Source of the DNA: Trypanosoma brucei
Taxonomy: Eukaryota
Assembly (NCBI GenBank): GCA_000002445.1
Contig: CP000069.1
Coordinates: 192,001 to 256,000 of the forward strand
Reading direction: 5' to 3'
Length of the DNA stretch: 64,000 nucleotides
Notes under the pieces: generated by a model
Databases searched by the model: none
Seen by the model: only the letters and a program-made list of their open reading frames with translations
What the model was told of the DNA's origin: nothing
Made by a program: the position numbers and the translations under genes
In this document: in pieces, positions 11,931 through 26,059 of the stretch
Numbering within the stretch: position 1 is the stretch's first letter
Layout of the letters: each line of letters begins with the position of its first letter

Positions 11931-14168
11931 CCGTCAGCTTCAGTTTCATAGCAGTGACATGTCCTGAGTGCTGCGGATATCGATGGTTTGGTAACTGCAC
12001 TGAGCACTCTATTGGCATAATGTAGAATATGTGTCATAAATAAACATAGTTTTTTGACTCTGTTTACGATTATTTTCTTTTTCCAATGTGTCCTAACATG
12101 TTATTATTTTTTCTTGTGTTCCCGTCTTTCGTTGCTCTCTCGTTTCGTAACACTATGTAATTCAGCTTCGATGTTCTATGTTTCTTTTTATTGCGTATGC
12201 CCGACTGTGATGTGAGCGCATCTGCAATGTTGATTATTTACATGTGGATATAGGGTTGCATCAGTGTGGCAAGAAATAACATATGTAACGATTGCGGTTT
12301 AGCATTTGTCGTTGATTTCATTTCCCTCTTTTACCTCCGTAGAAATGTGTATATGCACAAGCCTGTGGATGTGATAGCTGCTAGTGCTTTATTTATTATC
12401 ATGAAATAATTTTGTTTTTATTTGTTCTTGGTTGATCGACATAAATTTTTTCTTTTGTTTTTTTTTGTGTTTAGTGCTTACGGGATTTTCACCATCGAAT
12501 CGCTTTGTTTTTGATGCCCAATCCCGCAACCTTTTGGGTACAAAACTGTGTTTCCGTGTGTGTCTGCGTCACGTTTTTCTTTTTTTGAATCCACTTAATG
12601 CTAGCGATGTCTTTAAATATTTTTTCATAATGAGTGTTATGTTGCATGTGTGTTTGTATGTGTTGGGTGTTATGTGGGCTGTTGTATCTCTCTCTTCGGA
12701 TATACAACCCTTATCACCCTCTGCATTGCTGATGTTACATGTTGTTTCACCAGTTGCATGCTTTCTTTCCCTTCACTCATTTGTGTTGCCGTAAGGATTT
12801 AAGGTATGTGATTGCCTCCATTCCCTCCAGAGTGTGATGTCGATGCATGAGCTTAGTTATGTACTGAAACCCGCGTTGCCTCGCAGTATAACAAAGTTCC
12901 TTCACAGTCACAGTTATTGCAGCTTATACTAATTATAGTATTGTGAGGGAGTTTTGTAACACGTTTCCATATTGTTGGAGAAGTGGCGTATGCCGGAACG
13001 AGATGTTTGTGCAACTTTTGCCGTTGTTCTATCTTGTACAGTTCGTGTGCTGTTGTCTGAATGTTGCTGCTACGGTATGCCTAGTTGTGCGTTTGCCTTT
13101 TTTTGTCCGCGTCTTGCCTCTCTATTGGATTGAAAGCAGCAAAGTAGGGCCGCTGGTCTCATTAGCTGTTTTTTTAAAAATATTGCAATGGACTTAGAAT
13201 GCGTTGAGAAACTGCAAATGAGCGATTTGGTTGCTATATCTCTATGTATTGCTTCTGCTGCTGCTAAAACTCTGTTGAGTAATGGGGGGGGGTTCGTGCC
13301 AACAGCGGCTTCAGCTTGGGGCTGTTGTGTGTCCAACTTTGTTTGTTTACGTGTTGGTGATAACAAGGATGTGGTTAAGAATGTCTTTGCGTGGTGGTGC
13401 ACTTTCACACGTGTTACCATTGGGGATGTGGGAAGAGCGTGTTGTGGCGACTATAGATGATCACATTGGGAAAGTTGCTGCGCTAATTTGGAGGGGCGAC
13501 ACCGCTTATGTGCTGTTAAGGGCCGTAGGGGGCTTAAAACAAGGTGCTTAGTTAAGGTGACGGGGCTTTCCAAGTTCTTGAATGGTGCTGAGTGCTTATG
13601 CGTCTACCTTTACCCGCATGCTTTTGCCATGAACATTTTCTGGTGACGACATCTTGTGTGCTATGCGGAAGTGTGCTGCCGGTGCATTTCCATTTGTGGT
13701 ATAAGGCGTGTGTAATGACATCAGCGGTGTCATAAGGGGCGCGCCGGCGGTTACATGGTGCGAGTGCTTCCGCTGATTCTCACTGTCATTTGGCTTTAAG
13801 TGGTTTTCCCCCTTATTTCCCATTTCCTTAAGGTGCACTAAGCGACACAAAGTGGCAGGTGCGTTGCGTCCTCGGTAACAACTTGGATGTGCACTGGGGC
13901 GTGGCTGTTTGGTCGTGTCACCGGCTATGCAGCGCTCTGCTTTTGATGTTTTTTGTTTGCTCACTGCCCACTTGGATCTTCTGTTAAGCGAGGCATCCAC
14001 ACTAATAAATACTGAATGGCTATTTGAAAAATGAGCGTGGCTCTGCATGAAAGACTGCCTGAAAGGCACCTAACCTCAACCGTATGTGTGTGTGTGTATG
14101 TGTGCTCGTATTATTGTTTGGATAAGTGCTACCAAAATATTTCTGTTGTCTATTTAATATTTTTTTAA

Positions 14169-15458
<1,290 letters not shown>

Positions 15459-18400
15459 AAAAGACACCGTTTCTTCCAAAGACTGCGCGGGAGTTGCTCC
15501 TAAATTGCATTTCCTTCTCTCCTCGTAACATTAAGTGGTCGTGTTGTTGTTTTTTCTTCTTTCCTCTCGCGTGTGGAGGCGAGGCTGAAGACGAACTGCG
15601 GCGTCAGACTGCCAAGTGTGAGAAAGAGCGTGAAGTGGTGTGGGGATGATGCCAACGAAGATCTTTTTAATTTTTGGATGTGGGCTTACGTAGTTCGCTG
15701 GTAAATATACTTAAGATCTTTCTTTTTTTTTTTTGTTGTTGTATGTCTTTTTGATTTTGTTGTATTGATTGAATTATTCCCCTTGAGCTTTCTTGTCTTG
15801 TACGATACGTTGGCGAGAAGCTGGTTAAACGAAAACTTTGAAGGAAAAAAATGTGGGATGTGTTTGTGTCTGCTTGTGTGTGTAAACGTAATGGAGGCTT
15901 CCCCCCCCATTAGTGGCATGCATGCATTTCCGATGCCGACATGCGGTTTTCGGTGAGGGAACAATGCGCCTCACCGTATCATGTACCGTGAACTACAAGC
16001 CACAAAAATATGTGCTTGAATAGTAAGTCCTCCCAACTTCATTTCATGACCAGGAAATTAATCATGTCAAGCCATTGAGCAACTTTTTCTCTTCAGTGGT
16101 ATGCCTTTGTTCGTTTTCAAAAAAAAAAAGGAAGAATAAAGAGAAAGGGAGTGGGAAAACTTTTTTTTTTTTGCTACATGTGCCTTTTCTAGTGTGTGCG
16201 AGCGCCCGCTGCGAGGAATTGAGCTTTCTCCTTTCCTTCCTTTTCCTCCTTTCCCCTCTCTATGGATGAATCCAATTTAGGGTCCGCCGCTTTCTTGCTC
16301 GCTCCCGCCGTACGCAAAGGAATTATGCCGTTTACCTCAATCAGTTTTTTAGGGCGGCTTGTGGAAGTGCCTTCATCAGTACCGCTTACACCTTTGTTTC
16401 CCGGGTTAAACACACCTCCCGCGAAAAATAAATGAATAATAAATTCAGTTTATATTATATGTAATTATCCCAAGTGCGGCGGGTGGCTCTGCTGCCTTGA
16501 TGGAGAGCGGGCGGAGGTCCTTGTGAGGGTTTACAGCCGCCCTTTCAGTTTTTCTGTACTAACGTTCCTGCGGTGGAAATCATTCGCATTATCAGAGTAT
16601 TGTACGGTGTCTTAAGTTGATGTTTGCAGTAGCGGACCGGTGGACAAGACGAGCGAAGGTTCACCGCGCAAGGGCGAGAAAAAGCTTTCCCGCACGCTGA
16701 TTACAGCAGAAAACCTCACTTCTCCTCGGTCTACTTTAAAATCAATGTTGTCGACGCTCGGTTATTGTGACAGCGGGATTGCTTTTACAAGCAACACGTT
16801 GTCTTCTTTTTTTGTTTATTTCCTGTTGGGGTCCGTTGGAGTGGCGTTAAAGGCCTTGCTTTGGCGACAGGGCCGCCCAACAGGGTTTGGCTGGGGGCGT
16901 GACATCGCACTGGCGTCCATCACGTCCAGCGGGTTACTGGCGTGGTGAAGTCGCAGCTTTCTTTCAAGTGAGAATCCCCTGCTTGGCGGGAAAAAAATGG
17001 CTCTGCTTCTGATGGGAAAGGAGGAATTTTGTATTCTTTGACTTACTCCTGCGGTGATGTTGTGTTTGTGGTCCGCTTTTCAAGGGTGAGACCTCCGGGT
17101 TCTTAAACGGCACCATCCTCCCCGTTGGTCAGTTCTTTCGCGAAAAGGGTTTGTGTCCGCCGTGTTGGTTGCTGGATCGCCAACCCACAGAAGTTGCCGT
17201 TCCTCCACAGCATAGTTGTGTGAACAATGTTCCCCTTTGAGCAGATTAGCGTCGTCTCCATGCCTTGTTTCCTACTGCACCCGCTGCATTTGCATGCCTC
17301 AGTTGCGCAGTTAAGCATATCTTCATTCCTGTTTTCCGTGAGAGGCGAAGGGTTGCCGTGTCCTCAAGAGAGGTGTCCTTGAGGGTTGCAGTCTTTTACC
17401 GTGCTGGTTAGCTCCACGGCCTCCACCGAAAAGGGGAGAGCCCGAACGCTGGTTTCCCCATTTCCCCGTCTTTTCGATCAAGAACCCCTTGCTTTTAGTA
17501 GGTATTAGATCGGTAACTGGGAGATTGTAGCGGGTGTTCGTGTGTGGGGAGCGTTGCGCACTCGCACGGTTTTAAAATGGTTGTTATGTCAAAGCTGTTA
17601 TTTCCCTTTTGTTCACTATGCCATTTGTTAACCATCTTCCAGTTGTTTGTTATACTCCTATCGATGGATTGTCACTCCTTCAAATATGGTGCTGTAGTTT
17701 GAATACTCTCTTGGTGTGCCGCAAAGTGTGGGATACATAACGTGCCACAAGCTAGCGCTTCCAAGGGGGTTTAAACTCGGGAACTGTGAGTGTGAGTCTC
17801 GAACCAATGCGATGGTTCTGGTCTGCGCTGAAGGACATTTTATAGGGCCCCCGGATCCTCCCTGTGCCCAACTCGGTGATGCTGAGGTCGATGAATTCCT
17901 TCGTTCGCTACGAAACAAAGCATTGGGTTTGGTGGCATTTAGTGCGGTGCCTTCGATGGTGTTGTGCTTTCCTCTCCTGGAATGTGCTGGCTCGGGTTAA
18001 GATTTTAGCGGGTGCGGGGGAATGCGGCCCAACTTTTTTGCGCGAAATCTCTTGCATTGACTTGCCGCGTAACCCATGGTGGTTTCGTCAGCCTGGTAGG
18101 AGCTGAGACAGCAGCATAATGGGTGGATTCTCGTATCCATTCGTGTGGGCATGCTCCCCACTTGCATGGGTTCCATTTTTGAAACATTGGTGCACTGGGG
18201 GTGTGTTCCGTAGGAAGGGCCGCGCGGTTGGGGCTTTAAAAGCACGACTGTAACATCTATATAGTGAAGTGGCGGGTGTACGAGTTGGGAGTGCAACATT
18301 TGAGTGCGGTGTTTGTCCTGCATGCCCCCGACTGCTGGTTTTCAGACTTCTTCGATGCCCGGTGTTTCGTAGCAAAACATACCGCTGCCGGCCTAAATGC

Positions 18401-18639
18401 CGCTGATTCACCACAAAGTGCTTTTCAGTGCCCCCAAACTGGATTGCCAAACTTCTGACAAGTGTATTGTTCCGAGTATGGTGAGCGGACCCCTTCTCTA
18501 TTATCAATTCTCAAAAACTCTTCGGGAGTCAGGGCCCACGGAACCGAGGGGGCGGATGAGGGAGAGGGGGAAACAACAATTCCGCACCGCGAACAGGCAC
18601 CGCTCCCCTGGACCTCTTCCTCAGATGTGAGGTGCAGTC

Positions 18640-18900
18640 AGCCTTTGTTGTCATTGGGGTTAAGCGGAAAGGTGTGTGTCAGTAGGTTGTGAGGTGAAAG
18701 CGTTTTCAGATGCATAGTGAGCTTAATGTCCTTTTCACAGTATATCGTGTCTGATAGGTATCTCTTATTAGTATAGTCGAATACTAGTCAATAGTGCATT
18801 TTGTGCAAAATGTCCATTTTGTGGCAGTGATGGGGTTGCTTTATGCTATTCCGTGTCTTGATGGTCATACATTGAAAATAGGGGTTATCGGGTGAGTACT
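18640..18900 (+). promoter_or_regulatory. Presumptive procyclin (RNA polymerase I) promoter region, unit 1
   Basis: Positional inference. Established knowledge is that the procyclin promoter occupies ~250 bp upstream of the transcription start, which lies roughly 100 nt 5' of the splice acceptor. The poly-pyrimidine tract and AG acceptor lie at 18935-18990, directly before the ATG at 19009. The promoter elements themselves are not recognised from memory, and the coordinates are approximate. Confidence 0.35.
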
Positions 18901-19008
18901 GAGTTTAACATGTTCTCGTGATCGCTGCACGCGCCTTCGAGTTTTTTTTCCTTTTCCCCATTTTTTTCAACTTGAAGACTTCAATTACACCAAAAAGTAA
19001 AATTCACA

Positions 19009-19392
19009 ATGGCACCTCGTTCCCTTTATCTGCTCGCTATTCTTCTGTTCAGCGCGAACCTCTTCTCTGGCGTGGGATTTGCCGCAGCCGCTGAAGGACC
19101 AGAAGACAAGGGTCTTACTAAGGGAGGCAAAGGCGGGAAGGGAACCAAGGTCAGCGACGACGATACCAATGGCACTGACCCTGACCCCGACCCCGAACCT
19201 GAACCTGAACCTGAACCTGAACCTGAACCTGAACCCGAACCCGAACCTGAACCTGAACCGGAACCTGAACCTGAACCCGAACCTGAACCGGAACCCGAAC
19301 CCGAACCTGAACCTGAACCTGGTGCTGCAACGCTGAAGTCTGTTGCGCTTCCGTTCGCAATTGCGGCCGTTGGTCTCGTTGCCGCATTCTAA
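19009..19392 (+). CDS. EP: EP procyclin (N-glycosylated EP1/EP3 class), 3 DP + 21 EP dipeptide repeats
   Basis: 127-aa ORF. It has a signal peptide ([27 protein letters not shown]), an N-glycosylation site (NGT), (DP)3(EP)21 and the GPI signal [23 protein letters not shown]. This is the diagnostic procyclin architecture. Confidence 0.95.
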   Translation: MAPRSLYLLAILLFSANLFSGVGFAAAAEGPEDKGLTKGGKGGKGTKVSDDDTNGTDPDPDPEPEPEPEPEPEPEPEPEPEPEPEPEPEPEPEPEPEPEPEPEPGAATLKSVALPFAIAAVGLVAAF

Positions 19393-19595
19393 GCTCATGT
19401 AAAGAGAAATCTTTTTGGAGGGTCAAAACTTTTTAACAAGGGTGACCCCAACTGTTTATTTAACCCTTCCTTTGGCGCGATGCGCTCGCTTCATGGTGTT
19501 CCTTTGTGACAGGACACTGACACGCATAATATTTTTTTCAACCCATTTTTTTGAGTTCTATTTTTTGTTTTATGTCTTGGAACCGTCGGCGGTAG

Positions 19596-19621
19596 CACGC
19601 AGCCCTGTAGACTTCTGCGTG
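19596..19621 (+). promoter_or_regulatory. Procyclin 3' UTR conserved stem-loop ('16-mer' element) downstream of a U-rich tract
   Basis: cacgcag-ccctgtagactt-ctgcgtg is a perfect 7-bp inverted repeat flanking a 12-nt loop, ~200 nt after the stop codon. It is preceded by a U-rich block (19525-19580, candidate 26-mer/U-rich element). The same loop sequence with compensatory stem changes occurs in the GPEET 3' UTR (34385-34406). Confidence 0.6.
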
Positions 19622-20370
19622 TGCCTGTCAATGTGTTCCTTGGCTCTTTTCAAACGGCTTCTTTTATCTTACCGTTCATATGGTTTTGTCAAAAATTCAT
19701 CCACTGCATTTGTGGTCCTCTCCTATGTCTCGTTCCTGCAATGGTTGACAGCAACCTCTTCCATTTGTGACTGAACTTTTTTTTTTTCAAACTTTTTGCC
19801 TTGTCCTTTTTTCGTACTGGGAAAATAGTTCCTTCTAAAACCTCAGGCTAGAAATGGGAGACAAATGGACTTTTGTTGACTCAAGCGATTTGTCCCTCGA
19901 TATTTCCGCCATCGCAGCTTCCGTTTGACACCGTGGAGTTGCAACATGGGAAGCAGCGGTTGAAGGAAGCACATTCCTGGTGATGATGCCTTCTTCGCCT
20001 ACGGTGGTGCATCATCATGTTTGTTAATATGTCGGGGAAACTTTAAAGCACCTTGAGGGAGTTCACCGTAACTGTTCAAAATTGAGGCCTGAGCGGTGTT
20101 TTGCCTTTTGACTTGCCTTTATTTAACTGTTCTCGTCAGGGGAGCGATTCAGTTGAGTGAGCTGCTGCCACTTTATCTGTTGGGGAGGAGAGGCTGCGGA
20201 GAGGGTAAGCGCGTTGTTTCCATGAACTTTACGTATTTACTGCACTGCCCTCTGTTTTGGTCCACTTTGTGAAATACTCTGGGACAATCAATGGAGAGTG
20301 TGAGATTTTTTGAAATACTTCTGGAGCATTCACCGGCTCGTCGGTCGTCATATGTTCTCGCAGTGTTTTC

Positions 20371-20508
20371 TCTCCCATATTCTTCGGGGCGGTATTGCAG
20401 TGAAAGTGCCATGCGGGACGCGTGTCAGAGCAGTGTTTGTCTCCCATATTCTTCGGGGCGGTATTGCAGTGAAAGTGCCATGCGGGACGCGTGTCAGAGC
20501 AGTGTTTG
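20371..20508. repeat. 69-bp perfect tandem duplication in the EP-PAG intergenic region (copy 1 20371-20439, copy 2 20440-20508)
   Basis: tctcccatattcttcggggcggtattgcagtgaaagtgccatgcgggacgcgtgtcagagcagtgtttg occurs twice head-to-tail. The same duplication is at 27778-27915 in unit 2, but only a single copy is present in unit 3 (~36483-36551). Confidence 0.9.
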
Positions 20509-21252
20509 ATGTTCCGGAAGTCTTCGGAGTTAGAGGGCAAATGCTCCTCTTCTCCTTTCGTGCGGCGTGATTCTCATACCGAGGCTTCCACTAAGCAGGC
20601 TGCAACTCTTCTGCTGACTTTTTGGTTTATTCTTTTCCCATATTTCAGTGTTGGAGTGTTTCTCTTGCCGCCCTTGGGAATCGGGCACAGTCATATGAAG
20701 GCGCTTGCTTCGGCAGCCAAAGGTGGTTCCGTTTGGTATTTCTTGTGGAGACATTTGTCTTCCTTTCCTTTTCGGCCACCTCTTTTCCCATGGAGAAAGG
20801 CCTCTGGTACTGTCCTGCCCGATGATCTTTGCCCCGTTCGTTCCATCATGAATAATAGTTACAAAAGTGTGTGTCGGTACGGCGGTGGATATTTCCCCAA
20901 TCGCTTTGGTTGCTTTTACTATTTTGTGGGGCGGTTTAAAGTTGGTAACTCAGTGCACTTCCAAAAAAATTGCGACTCGTACATTTGGTTTTATATGGAG
21001 GGTGGAAGAGCCGAAAACGTGTATGTGCTTGCTTGGATGAGTCGGAAAATAAATTCTAGTTTCCGTGTATTTTCCCTTCATTACGTCATATATGGCTTGG
21101 CCTTTAGATTTGTGTAAGGTATGTTTCTTTTCGAAGTTGGTATGCTGGCGGACGTGTTTGTTTAATGTAAATCAGCCAAGGTGTAAGAGTAGCTGTAATG
21201 ATAAGTTTCTGCTTCTCCCTTTTTTACTGATGAATGTAGAAACAAAATCACA

Positions 21253-22626
21253 ATGAGGCACGAATTAGTGTTTACCATTGGGTTGTTTGTGGCTGTTTTA
21301 TCTGATTCTTCTCAGATATTTTTGCCGCACTGGCGCGATTGGATCCAGGTATCTAAAAACGGGAGTATACTTACAACTCTCGTTAGTGAAGTCAACAACC
21401 ACCACAGCATTGGTGAATTCGAGGCACTTTGCAAGATTTACAGAATCACACAAGCGGAGACCCCGAAGCCTTCCTTTAAGAATCGTGAGAAGGAAGCTGA
21501 GATTCTGAAGAAGTTGGAGGAAATGGTCAGTGAAACTGAGGCTGTGGGTGGTGATAAAGGTTCAAGTAAGTTGGGTAAAAGAACGACGGCATATCAGGAG
21601 ATAAAGATACTTTTTGAGAAGGCGAAAAAGCTGAAGGAAGAAATAGAAGTGAATAGGACAAGATCGCTAAATGCAAGTCGTTCTGCTGAGGAAAATATGT
21701 TGAGAGCTGTGTATGGCGACGCTGTGGATGTGGCGAGAAATGAAAATAAAACTCTGGAGGAAGCCATGAGAGGAAACAAATCACTACTGTTCAACAGTGT
21801 TGATCATGCAAATATGAGTTGTGGTTCTTACGGAGACAAACTGGTTGGAAAGACACTGATCAATGACTTTTTCTGCCTATGTGTGGGAGAGGCGACAGAT
21901 TTACAAATAAGAAGCAATAAGTATTATGCACTCGACTTAAACTCAACTAATCACACTGTGTATAATGGGTTTAACTGTCCCTGCAAGGATGAAATAAGGA
22001 GACCTAAACATGGAAGTTGGACTATGATGGCTGATTATTGCCCAAGCAACTATAATACTTGCGACCCTAGAAAGGTAAAATACAACCATACTGAGGCATG
22101 GGATGTGATTAGTAAAGCTTGCGTGTACAAAAATGTTGCATCGAATGTGAAAACTCTGAAGAGTGCACTAGCTCAGTTTGATGCGTTGGTGAATTTAGAG
22201 CAGGATAATTATCAAATGAAGGGTATTCTTGGGTACGCGGATATTTCAGAAAACACAAATCGCATCTGCAACGGTTATACTGCTGGATTCACGTGTGTCA
22301 GTTACAATTACACACTTGAAAATGGTGGAATTCCATGGTACAACCGCCTCACTAACGCCACCAAGGAACTACAAGAAATGGCGAAGTATGCCAAAGAAGC
22401 TGACAGTCATCTTTACGAATTGGAAGAGTACCAACATGAGGCAGAGGAAATATATCTTGAAGTGAAACTTGGTGGTGATGCAGAGCTATGGAAGAGTAGC
22501 CGAGGTAAAGGCGAAGGTGACGGTGAAGGTGATGATACTGATGTAAATAATGATGGGCTCAACTATATAAATATTACAACTGACTTTCTTATATTATTGT
22601 TTTCATCTTTTATTTGTATATCTTAG
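21253..22626 (+). CDS. PAG: Procyclin-associated gene product (PAG family, PAG3-like), secreted/GPI-type cysteine-rich glycoprotein
   Basis: 457-aa ORF directly downstream of the EP gene, preceded by a poly-pyrimidine tract and AG (21190-21250). It has an N-terminal signal peptide (MRHELVFTIGLFVAVLSDSS), many N-glycosylation sequons and paired cysteines, an acidic GEGDGEGDD tail, then a hydrophobic C-terminus (ITTDFLILLFSSFICIS). An identical copy is in unit 2 and a diverged copy in unit 3. The naming rests on the gene's position in the procyclin locus. Confidence 0.75.
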   Translation: MRHELVFTIGLFVAVLSDSSQIFLPHWRDWIQVSKNGSILTTLVSEVNNHHSIGEFEALCKIYRITQAETPKPSFKNREKEAEILKKLEEMVSETEAVGGDKGSSKLGKRTTAYQEIKILFEKAKKLKEEIEVNRTRSLNASRSAEENMLRAVYGDAVDVARNENKTLEEAMRGNKSLLFNSVDHANMSCGSYGDKLVGKTLINDFFCLCVGEATDLQIRSNKYYALDLNSTNHTVYNGFNCPCKDEIRRPKHGSWTMMADYCPSNYNTCDPRKVKYNHTEAWDVISKACVYKNVASNVKTLKSALAQFDALVNLEQDNYQMKGILGYADISENTNRICNGYTAGFTCVSYNYTLENGGIPWYNRLTNATKELQEMAKYAKEADSHLYELEEYQHEAEEIYLEVKLGGDAELWKSSRGKGEGDGEGDDTDVNNDGLNYINITTDFLILLFSSFICIS

Positions 22627-25600
22627 TTTGTGATTAATTTGGTAATTGCTTTGTGTGGTGTCGCTTTTTTTTTTTCTTTGTGGAGGGGAGGAGGAGGGAT
22701 GTTGTATTTGTGTGCAGTTGTTTTCAAATTAATTATAAATTTGGTAACAAAAATTTCTGCAAATGTTGCTTTTGACTGTGTTTGAGCGTGGCTGTTGGGA
22801 CGTTGACGGGGAATCGCCACGGCAGGGTCATTTCCCGAGAGGGTGCCGATACGTTGTGTTACTTTTTCATTTTCACATCGCGCAAGGATATGGGTATGCT
22901 ACTATTAACAAATCATTTAGCTCCTATCTAGTACGCTCCGCTGCGGCAGAAAAATAAGGGGCCACGAGCCAAATTCTATGTGTCTACGAGCACTGTCAGC
23001 CTTCCAAGGACTCTCGGATCTCTATCGCAGCGAGTTTAGGTTAAAAGTGGGATGAAGAACTCCTCCTTCTGCTTGTTCCGGCCGAACATAGAGGCGTGAC
23101 GGCAGCTCCTTCGTTTCCATCCACGGAGGACACAACATTCGCTGAATTATCTCTTAATGGAGCGTTTTTTTGTTTTTAAGTGTAAAATAACTGTCTGGTG
23201 TATATATATATATATATTGACTGAAAGAAGGAGTCGAGAGCGTCTTTTCCGAGTGCACTTTTCTCCGGCGGATCTCCCACTAACCTGTGGCGTAGGGCTA
23301 TGGCTCCCAAAACACGTGTAAACACTACTGTATGATGTGGGTTATCGTGTTCATTGGCGTGGTAGTACTCTTTAATCCAGCGTATTCCATGTTTGATGTC
23401 ATTGTGTATTTAGAAGCCCACTTTGGAGTAGATCCTTATCCCGGCCTCGGAGGGGATACTGCACACAGTTGCAACGCGTTGACGATGGAGCTCAGGGGCG
23501 CTGTTGGTTAGGTTTTCAAGTTTTGGAGTGACCCAATCTGTGTATTTTCTAGAGCTGAACCGTTAAGCTGCTGAGGGATGCATATTTATGCGGTCACTGT
23601 TAACTTCAGATGAGTTGTTCATCTGCTGAAGCCGTTTCCCCGGACGGTGGCTCTTTATCTCCCTATGTGTTATCCTGGCTTCACTTTGTAAGGCCGCTGC
23701 CTTCACTAGGTTTGTTTTCCTGGTGTCTGACCCTTTTCTGTGGAGGTATCCCGCCTTTCAATTTGCTTGCGATGTTGCATTCCCTGAACTGTGGCGGATT
23801 TGATTCTGTAGCCTTTTCCGTTGGGAGAGCCAAACTCTCAGTCATTCTCCAACCCTGTGTTTCACCACTTGTTTTTACTTTGTTTTTATACCTTCGTTTG
23901 ATTCTGTAATTTTCGTTGCGCGTTTAGTCTGCGCCTACTCCGCTCTCACTGTTTATCTTCAGTTACTTGCTCACAGAAAGTCTGAGCAGATTCGTGGCAG
24001 CTTGTTCCCACTTTACGCATTTATCGACGGGCAAATTCTCGTTACCCTGCGAAGGTGCTCTGGGACTTGGTAAGTAATCAGCTTCTTTTGCTGGCACAAC
24101 ATTTCGGTTTGTTTCAGTAGCTTGGTGACGAGACGTTTTATCACCATCTGGGTTTTACTGTTTCTCGCCTGTGTCTACGTGGCCGTTGTTTTGTGGCTTA
24201 ACCGTCCCTCTGGACTGAATGTTTGAAGCTATATTCATGAAGAACTGCGCGAGTTCCACGTATTGGTTCCTTCCTTTTCTGTTCCACTGCGCTCATCAAC
24301 CCCATTCCTTCTCATCCTTGGTGTCCTCGAGTTTTTGGAGGAAGTGCCTGATCGTCTCTCGGTATTCTGTTCTTCCGTTGTTGCGAACCTCCCTTCACTT
24401 CCCTTCCCGACTGTGCACTATTTTTTGTTTTTGCACCACGTAAGTCTGGCTTGTCTGAGGAGTTTCAAATATTACCCTGAACGCCGCCTGCTTTCCGTTG
24501 TTATGTTCCACCTCTTTGTGCCTCCATCCGTAGTTGTTCCTGGGGCGATGACAATTCCAGGATCGTGCTACCGTGTGTGCGTTAGATTACCGCCCCCTGC
24601 ATCAAGTAGGACATACTGAATCCGCGAAGGCTCTCCGGCTTTCGTGAGGTGTTTCTAGCAACTATCACCTTTGTTTCTTCAACTTCTTGATTTATTGTCT
24701 TTTACTCATCTATTATCTCCCTTTTCTTTAGGTCCTGCATGTCAAAAAGTATACTGTCATATTGGGCGGGAAATCATATCATAACTGTGGTATGGTTTTG
24801 AGGGTTGCAGTCTTTTACCGTGCTGGTTAGCTCCACGGCCTCCACCGAAAAGGGGAGAGCCCGAACGCTGGTTTCCCCATTTCCCCGTCTTTTCGATCAA
24901 GAACCCCTTGCTTTTAGTAGGTATTAGATCGGTAACTGGGAGATTGTAGCGGGTGTTCGTGTGTGGGGAGCGTTGCGCACTCGCACGGTTTTAAAATGGT
25001 TGTTATGTCAAAGCTGTTATTTCCCTTTTGTTCACTATGCCATTTGTTAACCATCTTCCAGTTGTTTGTTATACTCCTATCGATGGATTGTCACTCCTTC
25101 AAATATGGTGCTGTAGTTTGAATACTCTCTTGGTGTGCCGCAAAGTGTGGGATACATAACGTGCCACAAGCTAGCGCTTCCAAGGGGGTTTAAACTCGGG
25201 AACTGTGAGTGTGAGTCTCGAACCAATGCGATGGTTCTGGTCTGCGCTGAAGGACATTTTATAGGGCCCCCGGATCCTCCCTGTGCCCAACTCGGTGATG
25301 CTGAGGTCGATGAATTCCTTCGTTCGCTACGAAACAAAGCATTGGGTTTGGTGGCATTTAGTGCGGTGCCTTCGATGGTGTTGTGCTTTCCTCTCCTGGA
25401 ATGTGCTGGCTCGGGTTAAGATTTTAGCGGGTGCGGGGGAATGCGGCCCAACTTTTTTGCGCGAAATCTCTTGCATTGACTTGCCGCGTAACCCATGGTG
25501 GTTTCGTCAGCCTGGTAGGAGCTGAGACAGCAGCATAATGGGTGGATTCTCGTATCCATTCGTGTGGGCATGCTCCCCACTTGCATGGGTTCCATTTTTG

Positions 25601-26059
25601 AAACATTGGTGCACTGGGGGTGTGTTCCGTAGGAAGGGCCGCGCGGTTGGGGCTTTAAAAGCACGACTGTAACATCTATATAGTGAAGTGGCGGGTGTAC
25701 GAGTTGGGAGTGCAACATTTGAGTGCGGTGTTTGTCCTGCATGCCCCCGACTGCTGGTTTTCAGACTTCTTCGATGCCCGGTGTTTCGTAGCAAAACATA
25801 CCGCTGCCGGCCTAAATGCCGCTGATTCACCACAAAGTGCTTTTCAGTGCCCCCAAACTGGATTGCCAAACTTCTGACAAGTGTATTGTTCCGAGTATGG
25901 TGAGCGAATCCCTTCTCTATTATCAATTCTCGAAAACTCTTCGGGAGTCAGGGCCCACGGAACCGAGGGGGCGGATGAGGGAGAGGGGGAAACAACAATT
26001 CCGCACCGCGAACAGGCACCGCTCCCCTGGACCTCTTCCTCAGATGTGAGGTGCAGTCA

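Noticed and set aside
17800-17830. tRNA-like T-loop-resembling string (ggttcgagactc on the minus strand).
   Set aside because: No acceptor stem, anticodon arm or D-arm can be built around it. This is an isolated coincidental match.
17658-18692. Cluster of overlapping 60-139-aa ORFs on both strands within each repeat unit (e.g. 17716..18000 +, 18088..18507 -). They are triplicated at +7419 and +14826.
   Set aside because: They overlap each other in different frames, have no recognisable motifs, and lie where intergenic and promoter-upstream sequence is expected. Their triplication simply reflects the unit duplication.
18985-19426. Minus-strand and alternate-frame ORFs over the EP genes (RFRFRFGFG..., [10 protein letters not shown]..., QVQVRVRV...). 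The same pattern recurs at 26404-26833 and 35091-35538.
   Set aside because: They are the antisense or frame-shifted readings of the GAACCT dipeptide repeat. The + strand frame encodes a canonical procyclin with signal peptide and GPI signal.
20491-21117. 208-aa + strand ORF between EP and PAG (also 27898..28524, 36534..37160).
   Set aside because: It is Phe/Leu/pyrimidine-rich with translated poly-pyrimidine tracts. It spans the region expected to hold the EP polyadenylation site and the PAG splice acceptor. No domain-like features.
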